The notes beneath the pieces are model-generated. The model saw only the letters and a list, made by a program, of their open reading frames with translations, was not told where the DNA came from and did no database searches. The position numbers and the translations under genes are program-made. A stretch of DNA of 33,188 bases, from the NCBI GenBank assembly GCA_045047305.1, contig JASFYO010000009.1:1-33188 (forward strand), given 5' to 3'. The stretch comes from Planctomycetota bacterium. GTDB taxonomy: Bacteria; Planctomycetota; UBA1135. Position 1 is the stretch's first letter; each line of letters starts with the position of its first letter. Shown here piece by piece: positions 1 through 9,066 of the stretch.

Positions 1-684
1 ATTAAAAAGATGCAAGAACTTGGTTTTATGGGAATGATGCTGGCGAAAAATGACGACCTGGAGGCTTGGCGTCCCTTTGCACCTGGCATGGCTCTCGGTG
101 CGATTTCGATGGGGCTTATTAGCATCAATCAATTGCTGCAGAACCAATTCGGTTTAGACCGTGCCGGCTTTCGGGCATTTATACTTTCGCCGGTGCCTCG
201 CTATCAGATCCTTATAGGGAAAAACCTCACATTGGCCCCTTTCGGTATCGGTATTGGCCTGATTTCTTTATGTGGTTTGCAGTGGTTTATGCCTGCGGAT
301 TTAACCCATTTTCTCGGCGGCATTCTTCAGATATTCTCGGCCTTTTTGCTGCTTTGCTTGCTCGGGAACATGCTTTCCATTTATGCGCCGATTCGAATGC
401 GGGAAATAGGGACCAAGGCGGTAAAGCCTAAGTTCACAACCTTCATTTTGCAGTTTTTCACCCTCATCTTCGTGCCACTTACTTTATCCCCCTTGCTTCT
501 CCCGTGGGGGGCTGAGTTCCTGCTGCAAAACAAAGCTTGGGCTGCATCTCTCCCGCTTTACTTGCTCTTTCATATCCTCATGCTGTTCGGTTCCTACCTT
601 CTATATCGTGGATTCATTCGAGTGCAGGGCGTCATATTGCAAGAACGAGAACAGGATATCTTGGATATTCTCACGCGCGATTAG
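1..684 (+). CDS. Polytopic membrane protein, ABC-2-type permease-like; 5' end outside window
   Basis: Frame is open from base 1. Several hydrophobic helices; segment NQFGLDRAGFRAFILSPVPRYQILIGKN resembles ABC-2-type permease loops. Confidence 0.6.
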   Translation: MKKMQELGFMGMMLAKNDDLEAWRPFAPGMALGAISMGLISINQLLQNQFGLDRAGFRAFILSPVPRYQILIGKNLTLAPFGIGIGLISLCGLQWFMPADLTHFLGGILQIFSAFLLLCLLGNMLSIYAPIRMREIGTKAVKPKFTTFILQFFTLIFVPLTLSPLLLPWGAEFLLQNKAWAASLPLYLLFHILMLFGSYLLYRGFIRVQGVILQEREQDILDILTRD

Positions 685-1640
685 CGGTCGCGCTTCAGCA
701 AGCTAGCTGGAATCCCAACCTTCTCTAGTCCTGGCATCACTTCTGCCAGCCAGCGTTTACCATCGACGCCATAACCTTTGGTCGGCTTTAACTCGGGTAG
801 TTTTTGTGCCCACCAGGCATTAAATAAATCCATCAAACGCTCGCGGGTCTGTTTGGCGGCAAGAGATCCAAGCGCGACTGGTAAATGCTTGCCGTCGGCG
901 CCTTCGCTGAAGCGAATTTGCACCTCTCGGTTCTCAAACTCTAAGGAATAGGTCGACCCGCTTGGTGCTTCGCCGTGAATTTTGACCATGCGCGGCGCCA
1001 GAGCTCTGCGCAGGGGCTCGGAATAACGCTGACGTCCACCCTGTCGATCCAACTCAATGCGCAGCGGTGCATCGCCGGTCAGGCTCATAATCTGACGTAC
1101 AATCTGCATCGTAACCGCGAAGTTGGCATGGCCTTTGCCACCAGTTTTTTCAAGCAGTTGATTCCATTCTCCTGCAGGTACTGCGCGTGCACCAAATCCA
1201 TTGAGCGCACAGCCATGCAATTCCAAATCCCGTCGCACCGACGCAGCGTCTAAACGTGCGCGGTCATGCGTAATCTCAGGCACTAAATCGCCTTCCAACT
1301 TCTGCAACCACGGTGCTTGATGCAGCATGCGTGCGTCACCAGCCGGAGCTTCTGTCACCCAGCGGTCTAAACTAAAATCATCGGGCTGACCTAACTCACG
1401 GAAGGCGGCGACGGTGCGACCTAAGCGCTTACGTCCATGGGGGCCTTGGTGCACCTTCTTCGAGTCATTCAGCCACAGCCGACGTAAATCCTTGCGCTCC
1501 GGTTTTGGCGCGGTGGAAGTGGACAACACATCCCACAAATTTTGCTCCGGTTTTTGCACCCGGAACAAACTAAATCCAACCGTAAATGGACCGACGAAGG
1601 GGCCGTACCCAGCTTCATCGACTCCCGCGAGAAAGGCCAT
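681..1640 (-). CDS. Ribonuclease HII-family protein (divergent)
   Basis: Motifs GVDEAGYGP, LNDSKK, ELDRQG, GADGKHLPVALGSLAAK and KGYG match the RNase HII pattern (GxDEAGRGP / DSK / D / ASIxAK). Confidence 0.75.
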   Translation of the reverse strand: MAFLAGVDEAGYGPFVGPFTVGFSLFRVQKPEQNLWDVLSTSTAPKPERKDLRRLWLNDSKKVHQGPHGRKRLGRTVAAFRELGQPDDFSLDRWVTEAPAGDARMLHQAPWLQKLEGDLVPEITHDRARLDAASVRRDLELHGCALNGFGARAVPAGEWNQLLEKTGGKGHANFAVTMQIVRQIMSLTGDAPLRIELDRQGGRQRYSEPLRRALAPRMVKIHGEAPSGSTYSLEFENREVQIRFSEGADGKHLPVALGSLAAKQTRERLMDLFNAWWAQKLPELKPTKGYGVDGKRWLAEVMPGLEKVGIPASLLKRDR

Positions 1641-1645
1641 GCAGC

Positions 1646-2611
1646 CTATTTCTTGGTGTTTCCAGCCTTCACTTGCAGTTCCGGCATCTTGCGCATCACC
1701 ACATAAACCAAAGCTGCAATTGCAAAGGTGGCAATGCCGACCATCTGCGAAGTCGAAAGCAGGAGATGTGGGTAGGCGAGTGGATCGCCTTGAATTAGGA
1801 GTTCACGGTAGGTGGCGACATCGGTGATGCGACCTGCGGAGTCGGCAACGCCAACGCTGTTGAGGTAAGCGCTGACATCGGCTGGAGCAGCGCCTTCTTT
1901 GAAAATGCCACCGCGGGCAACCATATCGAAGCGGAAGTATTCCACTACGAAACGCAACACGGCATATCCCATGATGAGAAGCAGAGCAACCTGGCCATGG
2001 AACTTTTTGCGCTTCAACAACCATAGGCCGAAGAAGAACAAGCTGAGTGCCTTCAGCGACATGTACAGTTGGGTCGGGTGGACCGGAACGGAAGCAAGTG
2101 TGGCCTCAAATGCTGATCCCGCTGGTAGTGGATCTGGAAAAGTAATCGCCCAAGGCACAGCGGTCGGGGCGCCGAAGTCATCGCCCACCGCCAAACAGCC
2201 TAGGCGGCCGATGGCTTGTCCAAGGAATCCAGCGGTGAGTCCATAGTCCAGGGTTTGCCAGCCCGGCATGCCCAAACGCTTCGCCTTCCAGACACCAAGC
2301 ACCACAGCTAGAATGAGGCCGCCATACATGACAAGGCCGCCTTCCCATACCTTGAGAATGTCTGCAGGGTGGCTGGCATAGTGGTCGATGTTGACCAACA
2401 CAAAGGCGAGGCGTGCGCCGAGGATCACGCCAATCAAAACCCACCAACTCACATCGGCAAAGCGCTGTGGATCCAACTCTTTGTTGGCTCCGTATCGCCC
2501 AGCCAGCTTCGAGCCAGTGCTAACGCCGACTAAAAATCCCAATGCCACGAGAAGTCCAAAGGACCGCAGTGGGAAATCGAGGAAAGGAATGGTGAACAGT
2601 TCAGGCCACAC
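1646..2611 (-). CDS. lgt: Prolipoprotein diacylglyceryl transferase
   Basis: Motifs GVILGARL, WEGGLVMYGG, GQAIGRLGC, HPTQLY and RFVVEYFR; multiple TM helices. Confidence 0.95.
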   Translation of the reverse strand: MWPELFTIPFLDFPLRSFGLLVALGFLVGVSTGSKLAGRYGANKELDPQRFADVSWWVLIGVILGARLAFVLVNIDHYASHPADILKVWEGGLVMYGGLILAVVLGVWKAKRLGMPGWQTLDYGLTAGFLGQAIGRLGCLAVGDDFGAPTAVPWAITFPDPLPAGSAFEATLASVPVHPTQLYMSLKALSLFFFGLWLLKRKKFHGQVALLLIMGYAVLRFVVEYFRFDMVARGGIFKEGAAPADVSAYLNSVGVADSAGRITDVATYRELLIQGDPLAYPHLLLSTSQMVGIATFAIAALVYVVMRKMPELQVKAGNTKK

Positions 2612-2617
2612 GGCCGC

Positions 2618-2623
2618 ATTCTA
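2618..2623 (-). promoter_or_regulatory. Putative -10 box TAGAAT, 6 nt before the lgt GTG (leaderless-type)
   Basis: Minus strand reads TAGAAT-gcggcc-GTG. Confidence 0.55.
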
Positions 2624-2637
2624 ACTACGCGCACGTT

Positions 2638-3444
2638 TTGACCGAGTCCGAGATCAAGAAACCGCCACTCTACGAGGGCCCCCAACGCATTCTCTTCGAG
2701 GGTCGTTATCGCAAGCTGGTCCGCGACTTGCCGCAGACGATTTTTTATTGCCCAAAGTGCAAGGGGAAGGGCTGCAATACCTGTGAAGGATTTGGCCGCT
2801 TAACGCGGGACTCGGTGCAGGAGCTCATCGCGCGCGTGGCGATGCCGCGGTTTAAGGCGCGGCGCAACAAATTCCATGGCGCTGGGCGCGAAGACATGAA
2901 TGTGCGCATGCTTGGCAATGGGCGGCCCTTCGTATTTGAAATGCAGAAGGCCAAGCGCAGAGATGTGGATTTGGTGGACCTGGCCGATGAAATTAAGCGC
3001 CGCTCCGAGGACCGCATCGAGCTCCTTGACCTGAAATTGTGTGAGCGCTTCCGTGTCGCCGAGGTCAAGGAGATGCATTGTGAAAAGGAATATCTCGCGC
3101 GGGTCCGGTTCGATGAAGGAGTGAAGGTTAACGCTGAAGCGGTCGACGCCAAGCTCGCCGAGTTGCTCGAAGGACCACGCTTAGAGCTGCAACAAAGCAC
3201 TCCGCAACGTGTGGTGCATCGTCGTGCCGATAAGGTGCGTGAGCGCTGGATTGACATCACCGCATGGGAGCGGGATGGCGACGACTGGTTAGTCTCCATT
3301 TTGTCGCAGCATGGCACCTACATTAAAGAAGCAATCTCAAGCGATGGAGGGCGGACGGTGCCGTCGCTCGCGCAACTGCTTGGTGGCGCATGCACCTGTG
3401 TGGAGCTAGATGTTTTGAATATATTGCAGCCGCCCCACGCTTGA
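2638..3444 (+). CDS. pus10: Pus10-family tRNA pseudouridine synthase, catalytic domain only
   Basis: GRYRKLVRDLPQT; CPKC-x4-CNTC; FHGAGREDMNVRMLGNGRPFVFE (catalytic Asp in GRED); QSTPQRVVHRR; GTYIKE...GRTVPSL...ELDV. These Pus10 signatures occur in the expected order. Confidence 0.9.
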   Translation: MTESEIKKPPLYEGPQRILFEGRYRKLVRDLPQTIFYCPKCKGKGCNTCEGFGRLTRDSVQELIARVAMPRFKARRNKFHGAGREDMNVRMLGNGRPFVFEMQKAKRRDVDLVDLADEIKRRSEDRIELLDLKLCERFRVAEVKEMHCEKEYLARVRFDEGVKVNAEAVDAKLAELLEGPRLELQQSTPQRVVHRRADKVRERWIDITAWERDGDDWLVSILSQHGTYIKEAISSDGGRTVPSLAQLLGGACTCVELDVLNILQPPHA

Positions 3445-3604
3445 GCTCCTAAACCTTCACCAACCTATTGCGCCGCAGCCTACAAGGCATGAAGGCAGAG
3501 GCTCAGCAATTATTCGACAGGATCTTGGTGTAGATTCCGACGGCGAAGAAATGATGACCTATCGTGATTATGGTTGGTATCACGATACCTAAACAGTTGC
3601 CTTG

Positions 3605-4132
3605 CTAGGGGCGCCAGTCGCCAACGCCCTTGCCATCCACCCAAGGCCGCCATTGGGTCTTGCGGTTTCCAAGTGGATAAGGGTCCGATTGGTCGCCGGG
3701 AAGCACACGCCACTCTGCCATCGGGGTGTGTCGAACATAGGTTTGGCTGACTTGGCCGTTGGAGTCGAGCTTCCACCTGGCAAGCGCAACGGCATAGTGG
3801 CTGCCAGACACGCGGCATTGTAGATAGTGCCAGCAGCCAGTTTGTTCTTGCGATAAATGGATATTCACGCTGCTTGGACCGCCCGGGCCTAAATAACGGC
3901 TAACCACGGACGCCCCGTCCTCGGCAATAAAGAGGTGCAAGGTTTGATTGAACAGACCGTCGGCATTGGTGTCGATTTGAACGGCAGCCCCACCTTTTCT
4001 GATGGGTAACTGATGGAGCTCTTGCTTTTCTAGCAGCGCATGGCCTGGAATGTCGGAGGACGCAGTTTGCTCTGGTAACACGCAAGATACAGCGGCCTGG
4101 GCAAGGCAAAGACAAGAGAGGAATCGCTTCAT
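3605..4132 (-). CDS. Hypothetical exported protein / putative lipoprotein
   Basis: ATG at 4132 gives MKRFLSCLCLAQAAVSC (lipobox-like AVSC) and avoids overlap with the upstream gene. No recognised family. Confidence 0.55.
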   Translation of the reverse strand: MKRFLSCLCLAQAAVSCVLPEQTASSDIPGHALLEKQELHQLPIRKGGAAVQIDTNADGLFNQTLHLFIAEDGASVVSRYLGPGGPSSVNIHLSQEQTGCWHYLQCRVSGSHYAVALARWKLDSNGQVSQTYVRHTPMAEWRVLPGDQSDPYPLGNRKTQWRPWVDGKGVGDWRP

Positions 4133-4157
4133 GCCTAGTGCTTTGAAGCGATTCCGG

Positions 4158-4649
4158 TTAGAACGAAACACCGGTAATCGTTGCCTGGCTCACCATCACG
4201 CCGTCTTCGCGGATCATTTGGCCTTCCCACTTAAAGTAAGGGCGGCGTTTGCTGGACTTGAGGATTTTGCCTGCGATCCAAAGTTTTTCACCCGCCTCGA
4301 CTGGCTGACGGAAACGCACATCCTCGAGTGCGCCAAATCCCATGAATACGCCGAGTTCTAGCTCCAACTCATGATGCGCATGAATGGAGGCGATTTGCGC
4401 CATGCATTCAATTTGTAGCACCCCTGGAAACAATGGGCGACCAGGGAGGTGGCCACGTTCCCAAAATTCACCCGGCTGCAATAGACGCGATCCAACCACG
4501 AGGTTGCCCGGCAAATCCAAATGCAAAATGGAATCCAATTGTAAGAACTCGAAGCGTTGTGGATTGCGCTTCATGCATTCTTCCGCCGACATGAAAACCT
4601 TGTCGAGCGGGTAATCTTTGGGGTCGATGAAGGGGACGGAGGAACTCAC
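4158..4649 (-). CDS. 3-hydroxyacyl-ACP dehydratase (FabZ/FabA hot-dog fold)
   Basis: PQRFEFLQLD, GHLPGRPLFPGVLQIECMAQ (catalytic His/Glu pattern of FabZ) and VRFRQPV. Confidence 0.9.
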   Translation of the reverse strand: MSSSVPFIDPKDYPLDKVFMSAEECMKRNPQRFEFLQLDSILHLDLPGNLVVGSRLLQPGEFWERGHLPGRPLFPGVLQIECMAQIASIHAHHELELELGVFMGFGALEDVRFRQPVEAGEKLWIAGKILKSSKRRPYFKWEGQMIREDGVMVSQATITGVSF

Positions 4650-4656
4650 GCATAAG

Positions 4657-4662
4657 AATATA
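4657..4662 (-). promoter_or_regulatory. Putative -10 box TATATT, 7 nt before the dehydratase GTG
   Basis: Minus strand reads TATATT-cttatgc-GTG. Confidence 0.5.
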
Positions 4663-4699
4663 GCGCCGAGGCGGCCCTCCGACCTGCATTCATCCGAGC

Positions 4700-6517
4700 T
4701 CAGGGTGTGAGTAGCAAACTATGCGATTCGCTGATGAGGTCGATACTGCCGCCAGCTCCAAAAACGACAAATGCATGCTCTAGCGTGTTTCCCGCGAAGG
4801 CTGCGAAGGCTAGCGGGGGGAAAGTAAGGGTTGCGGTGGCGCGGCCTTGGGCATCGAGGGTGCCACGGAAGGAGCTGAACACGGAGCTGCTGGATTGCAA
4901 CAAGGAGAACTGAAAATACGGCCCATCATTGAGGAAAAGGTGCGCAACACCTTGGTTCAGACCTGGAGACCGCCCCGTATTGCTGCCCAGAACCCAATAA
5001 GCTTTGGCGGCATGTGCTGGGCCGGCGTCTAGGCTAAGGGTGGCGCTTCCGCCAGGAGTGAGTGCGATACTGTCGACGTCGAGTTTCAGATGATCGAGTC
5101 CAAGGTGGCCATCGCTATGGATGTTTTGGCCGAAGATGTCATCGTCGCCGCTACGTTGGTCCTCCCAGAACACCACGGCGACCTCGGAGGAGCTCATCGA
5201 TAAAGAAAGGCGCGTGGACTTGTTGCTGGGCAAACTGCACACGGTTTGAGGCTCTCCCCAAACCTGGGTTCCGGATGCATCCATCAGTGTTGCAATGATT
5301 TGATCTTGCCCGAATCCACCATTCGGCGCCCAGCCAAGTACTGCGAGTGCGCCGTCGGCCATGGCTTCGACGTAACTCAAATATTTGGTCGCCGAGTCAA
5401 CGGGAAGAATCTCTATGCCATTGCCCCAAGTCGCAGAGCCAGCAGCATCGACTTGCTGCGCATACCAGCCACTCAATCCTTGGCTGCTGTCCTTTTCGCT
5501 CCAAAAAGCAAAGATGCTATTGGTTTGGGCGTTGAATGCCGCACGCGGGGCAATGTGATTCATGCCTGGAGCATTGGATAGAGCTACACCGAGATGCGGA
5601 AACAGTTCCGCACCATTGGAGTCCAAGCGTTGTACGTAGGCGTCGAACAAAAAACCACGATTTGGATTGCTCACGTGCCAGCACAAAACCGCGCCGCCCG
5701 CATCATCGGCCAAGAGCTGAGGGCTGTACGCAATCGGTAAATTAGAGGCATCGTAGACTTCGGTGGGTTGCGTCCATGCTGCTGCCCCCGAAGACGTGAA
5801 AGCTTGCACGCGCAGGTGCTTGATATTGGTGAAGAAATTGATATCGCGTACCCAGCTCACGATGACGTTACCGTTATTGCCAGCGACCACTTCTGCAAAT
5901 CCAGGAGAGGCACCAGCTTCGCTTGCAATCGCAACTCCGCCGGGTGCCAACTGAGCTTGTCCAACTGCATTCAGTCGCTGCATTCGAATCACTGGATTTG
6001 CACTGAACTGACTCCACACGAAGACGAAATCGCCGGTGCTGGTCTGGGTTACCATCGGGTCGGCCTCGAAATCGCTGTTTTGCGAAAGGGTGACGCCGTT
6101 TGCTCCCCATACGAAACTACCTGAGGGGGAAATGCTGTAAGCATAGACATCTAAATCGTTGCCGGCGCGGGTGTCGGTAAAAACAATAACCGCATTACCG
6201 TTGGTGCCAGCGATGAGATCCCAGTTGACGAGGCTGGTGGATTGAGGCTGACTACTGATCAACATGCCGCCCAGCGGAAAAACGGCATTGCCTGCCGGGT
6301 CGTAAAGCTGAGCAAAAACATCGTAGTTGCCGGATGCATTGTCAAACCATGCAACCCAGCGGCTGCCATCCGCCGTGGAGGCCGATTTGGGTAAAGCTTG
6401 GTCTCCAATCCGTGTTACTACGGTTGTGTTTACGCTGGAATCCGCACTCCATTGAGCCGAAAGTCCAGGCGTGGAAAGTAAGAGCAGGGGGATGGCAAGG
6501 AAGGCGGGATTGGCCAT
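4700..6517 (-). CDS. Secreted beta-propeller-repeat protein with ~130-aa C-terminal domain
   Basis: Sec signal ending GLSA|Q. About 8 repeats such as DVFAQLYDPAG, DAYVQRLDSNG, WYAQQVDAAG and DIFGQNIHSDG. C-terminal domain aligns with that of the 31543 gene. Confidence 0.75.
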   Translation of the reverse strand: MANPAFLAIPLLLLSTPGLSAQWSADSSVNTTVVTRIGDQALPKSASTADGSRWVAWFDNASGNYDVFAQLYDPAGNAVFPLGGMLISSQPQSTSLVNWDLIAGTNGNAVIVFTDTRAGNDLDVYAYSISPSGSFVWGANGVTLSQNSDFEADPMVTQTSTGDFVFVWSQFSANPVIRMQRLNAVGQAQLAPGGVAIASEAGASPGFAEVVAGNNGNVIVSWVRDINFFTNIKHLRVQAFTSSGAAAWTQPTEVYDASNLPIAYSPQLLADDAGGAVLCWHVSNPNRGFLFDAYVQRLDSNGAELFPHLGVALSNAPGMNHIAPRAAFNAQTNSIFAFWSEKDSSQGLSGWYAQQVDAAGSATWGNGIEILPVDSATKYLSYVEAMADGALAVLGWAPNGGFGQDQIIATLMDASGTQVWGEPQTVCSLPSNKSTRLSLSMSSSEVAVVFWEDQRSGDDDIFGQNIHSDGHLGLDHLKLDVDSIALTPGGSATLSLDAGPAHAAKAYWVLGSNTGRSPGLNQGVAHLFLNDGPYFQFSLLQSSSSVFSSFRGTLDAQGRATATLTFPPLAFAAFAGNTLEHAFVVFGAGGSIDLISESHSLLLTP

Positions 6518-6523
6518 GCCATT

Positions 6524-6532
6524 AATCTATCA
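6524..6532 (-). promoter_or_regulatory. Putative extended -10 (TGaTAGATT), 6 nt before the ATG at 6517
   Basis: Minus strand reads TGA-TAGATT-aatggc-ATG. Confidence 0.5.
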
Positions 6533-7927
6533 GGGATTTCGGAAATGCGCGATTGCTGGGTCGGATTCTTCTTCAGAGGTTTTCGGAGCTTCAAACAGGT
6601 GCAGCCGGCGGAAGAGCAGAAGGATGGCTAGGACCTTGAGAATGTTGCCGACATTGAGTGCCCACCAAATGCCGGCGGCGCCAAATCCGAGCCCCGCGGA
6701 AAACCACCAAGCGATTGGAATTCGTACAAAGTTTCCAGCAATGCTGACATAGGCCATTTGCAAAGTGCGCCCGGCGCCGGTCATGATCTGCTGCAAAGTG
6801 GAATAGGCGGCCGTAGCAGCTTGTGTAAAAGCGACAATCGCTAGATACAAGGCGGCTTCATCCAAGACATCCGGATCCTCGGTAAAGAAGGAGGCAAGTT
6901 CACGGCCATAGAGCAGGAATATGGCGGCGGTGAACAGGGCAAATCCAATGGATAAGCCAAGGCAGCTCATGGCTCCACGTTTTGCGCCGAGGTAGTCCTT
7001 GGCGCCAAGGCGTCGGCCAACAATACTGGAGGCCGCCATCGCGGGGCCCATCATGCCGCAATAACTGACAGATTCTAAGCCGTTGAATCCAACGGCAAGT
7101 CCAGCTTGAACATGGGCACCAAGTGGCGCCACGCTGGTTTTCATAATGGCGAGGAAGCAACCGGAATAAGCCGCGTGCGAAAACCCAACTGGGACACCAA
7201 TCCGAACGATGCGTTTGAGTTCTTCCCAGTCAAAGGTTTTGCGTAGGAAACCGCCGAGCCCAAACCATTGCTTTAAGGCCAAGATCCCGAGTAGTGCACA
7301 GAACCCGCGAGAGATTCCCGTGCTCCAAGCTGCGCCTTCCATGCCCATGGCTGGGAATCCCCACCATCCGTAAATCATCGCGGGATTGAGCACAGCGTTT
7401 AGGGCTACCGATAAGAAGGACAGGAGCATTGGCATGACTGTATTTCCTAAACCCAGAAAAACGCTGTCAATCAGTGGTTTAAAGCCAATTAAAGGAAGCA
7501 CGATGTAGATAGTGCTGAGGTATTCCTCTGCGAAAACGGCCGGGGCGCCACTGCCGCCAGCTACTTTGACCCAAAAGGGTGTCGTTAGCCACCCTAATGC
7601 GCCAATCACACTAAACCACAGCAATCCCGTACGACAGGCGGTGCCGATAGTGCGTTCCACATGTTCGTTTTGCCCGGATCCAGTGTAGAAGGCGACGCGC
7701 GCTAAAACTCCGCTGGTGATAATTGATAAAAACGAAAAGTTGAGGATCAACATAAACGTTGTTAATCCCATCGCGGCTTGAGCGTCGGGGCCAAGGTCGC
7801 CAATCCAAAACTGATCGTTCACGCGATAGCCGGCGTGTAAAAGAAAGGACAGCGTGATCGGCCACGATAGCCGGAAGGCCTCGCGTAAACTCTCGCCGCG
7901 ACTCTTGGAGTGAGCGAGAGGGCGCAT
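6530..7927 (-). CDS. MATE family efflux transporter / flippase
   Basis: About 12 TM helices with two-fold internal repeat; RLSWPI, DQFWIGDLG, GLGNTVMPM, GFPAMGMEGAAWST, GAGRT. ATG 7927 preferred over TTG 7942. Confidence 0.9.
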   Translation of the reverse strand: MRPLAHSKSRGESLREAFRLSWPITLSFLLHAGYRVNDQFWIGDLGPDAQAAMGLTTFMLILNFSFLSIITSGVLARVAFYTGSGQNEHVERTIGTACRTGLLWFSVIGALGWLTTPFWVKVAGGSGAPAVFAEEYLSTIYIVLPLIGFKPLIDSVFLGLGNTVMPMLLSFLSVALNAVLNPAMIYGWWGFPAMGMEGAAWSTGISRGFCALLGILALKQWFGLGGFLRKTFDWEELKRIVRIGVPVGFSHAAYSGCFLAIMKTSVAPLGAHVQAGLAVGFNGLESVSYCGMMGPAMAASSIVGRRLGAKDYLGAKRGAMSCLGLSIGFALFTAAIFLLYGRELASFFTEDPDVLDEAALYLAIVAFTQAATAAYSTLQQIMTGAGRTLQMAYVSIAGNFVRIPIAWWFSAGLGFGAAGIWWALNVGNILKVLAILLLFRRLHLFEAPKTSEEESDPAIAHFRNP

Positions 7928-7949
7928 GTTGCTTGGACCCAAAGTCAGC

Positions 7950-9020
7950 TCAATCCTGGTTTAGACTGCGCATCGGGATGGTGACGAAACTTTGCGTTTC
8001 CACGTGCACGGTGGCGGAGCGCATCACTTTGCGATAAGGACCACCATAAGCAGAGAAACTGTAATCGCCGGGGGGAAGGGAGGTAAACACCACCGTTCCA
8101 TCTTCACGCAACGCTAGGCTCTCGGAAAATCCCAGGCCTTTTTCGGTGCGCGTTGCCTGTACCCGCATCGTGCGCCAATCCTTTTGCGCGGTCTGCGGAC
8201 CATCAAGGAAGTTGACAGTCACGGTCGCGCTCCCCATTTTCTTCACCGTGAATTCCACATAAGCTTCCGGTGCCTCACGGCTAATCCCGATAACCTTCAG
8301 CTCGCTCAATGGGTTGCGGAAAGATCCCACGTAAATGTTGAATTCTCCATCGCGTAAGCCGCTGATGCGGAAGCGCCCATCTTTGTCGGTGGAGGCGGTG
8401 AGGGGTACTTGACTAGCGCCTGGTCGGTGACTGCGGAAAACGGCTGCAACCGGAATATGCGCCACAGGCTCGCCCTGCCCATCCCTTACATAGCCAACCA
8501 CGCTGGCTGCGGGGACCACCGCTACTGCGAAGAAGTGGTTGTTTTGCTCTACGGACAGAGTGAGCAATAAGTTTTGGTCGAGGCACTCTGGAGCAGTGAG
8601 CTTGAGCGTGTATTCACCGAATGGGATTCGTTCGAAGGTAAAAGTCGGGTCTTCTTCGGATGCCGGTGCGGTGGCGATGGCGTCTCCACCCGCCTGTGGA
8701 GTGAGGCTGAGGGTGATCGAGCGCGGCCAAATCACCCAGTTTGCAGCGACCACGCGTCCACCGATGACCCCAAACTTTGGTTGATAGCTGAGGGCGTCGC
8801 GGTTGGGGCGTGGCGGCAAGTCCACCGGTTCCAAAACTGCTCCTTTGGTCAGAGAGTCAGAATCCTGCTTCGAGGAATTCGGTAATCGGGGAACGTCGAC
8901 CTGGTTTGGGCCGATGCTTGAGTCAGAGCTGAGTACCCAAAACGCCGCCAGCGCCAGCATCAAGAGCAGGCCAGGAACCCACAGGTTGGTTCTTCCTCGG
9001 TTGGTGGTACGAAAGGGCAT
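7950..9020 (-). CDS. Membrane-anchored protein with carboxypeptidase-regulatory-like beta-sandwich repeats
   Basis: N-terminal TM; GYVRDGQGEPVAHIPV...TDKDGRFRISGLRDGEF, PFGEYTL and LPPGDYSF repeats. Confidence 0.75.
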   Translation of the reverse strand: MPFRTTNRGRTNLWVPGLLLMLALAAFWVLSSDSSIGPNQVDVPRLPNSSKQDSDSLTKGAVLEPVDLPPRPNRDALSYQPKFGVIGGRVVAANWVIWPRSITLSLTPQAGGDAIATAPASEEDPTFTFERIPFGEYTLKLTAPECLDQNLLLTLSVEQNNHFFAVAVVPAASVVGYVRDGQGEPVAHIPVAAVFRSHRPGASQVPLTASTDKDGRFRISGLRDGEFNIYVGSFRNPLSELKVIGISREAPEAYVEFTVKKMGSATVTVNFLDGPQTAQKDWRTMRVQATRTEKGLGFSESLALREDGTVVFTSLPPGDYSFSAYGGPYRKVMRSATVHVETQSFVTIPMRSLNQD

Positions 9021-9026
9021 CACGCG

Positions 9027-9032
9027 AGAATA
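9027..9032 (-). promoter_or_regulatory. Putative -10 box TATTCT, 6 nt before the ATG at 9020
   Basis: Minus strand reads TATTCT-cgcgtg-ATG. Confidence 0.45.
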
Positions 9033-9066
9033 AACTACGTGCCCCCCTAAGGATTACCAAACCATC

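Noticed and set aside
3510..3818. 102-aa minus-strand ORF as a frameshifted continuation of the 3605-4132 gene
   Set aside because: No slippery site or repeat seen, and the translation has no protein-like motif.
6530..7927. MATE protein as the exporter or flippase of the sulfation system
   Set aside because: It lies in a separate, divergently oriented gene run. There is no sequence evidence of linkage beyond proximity.
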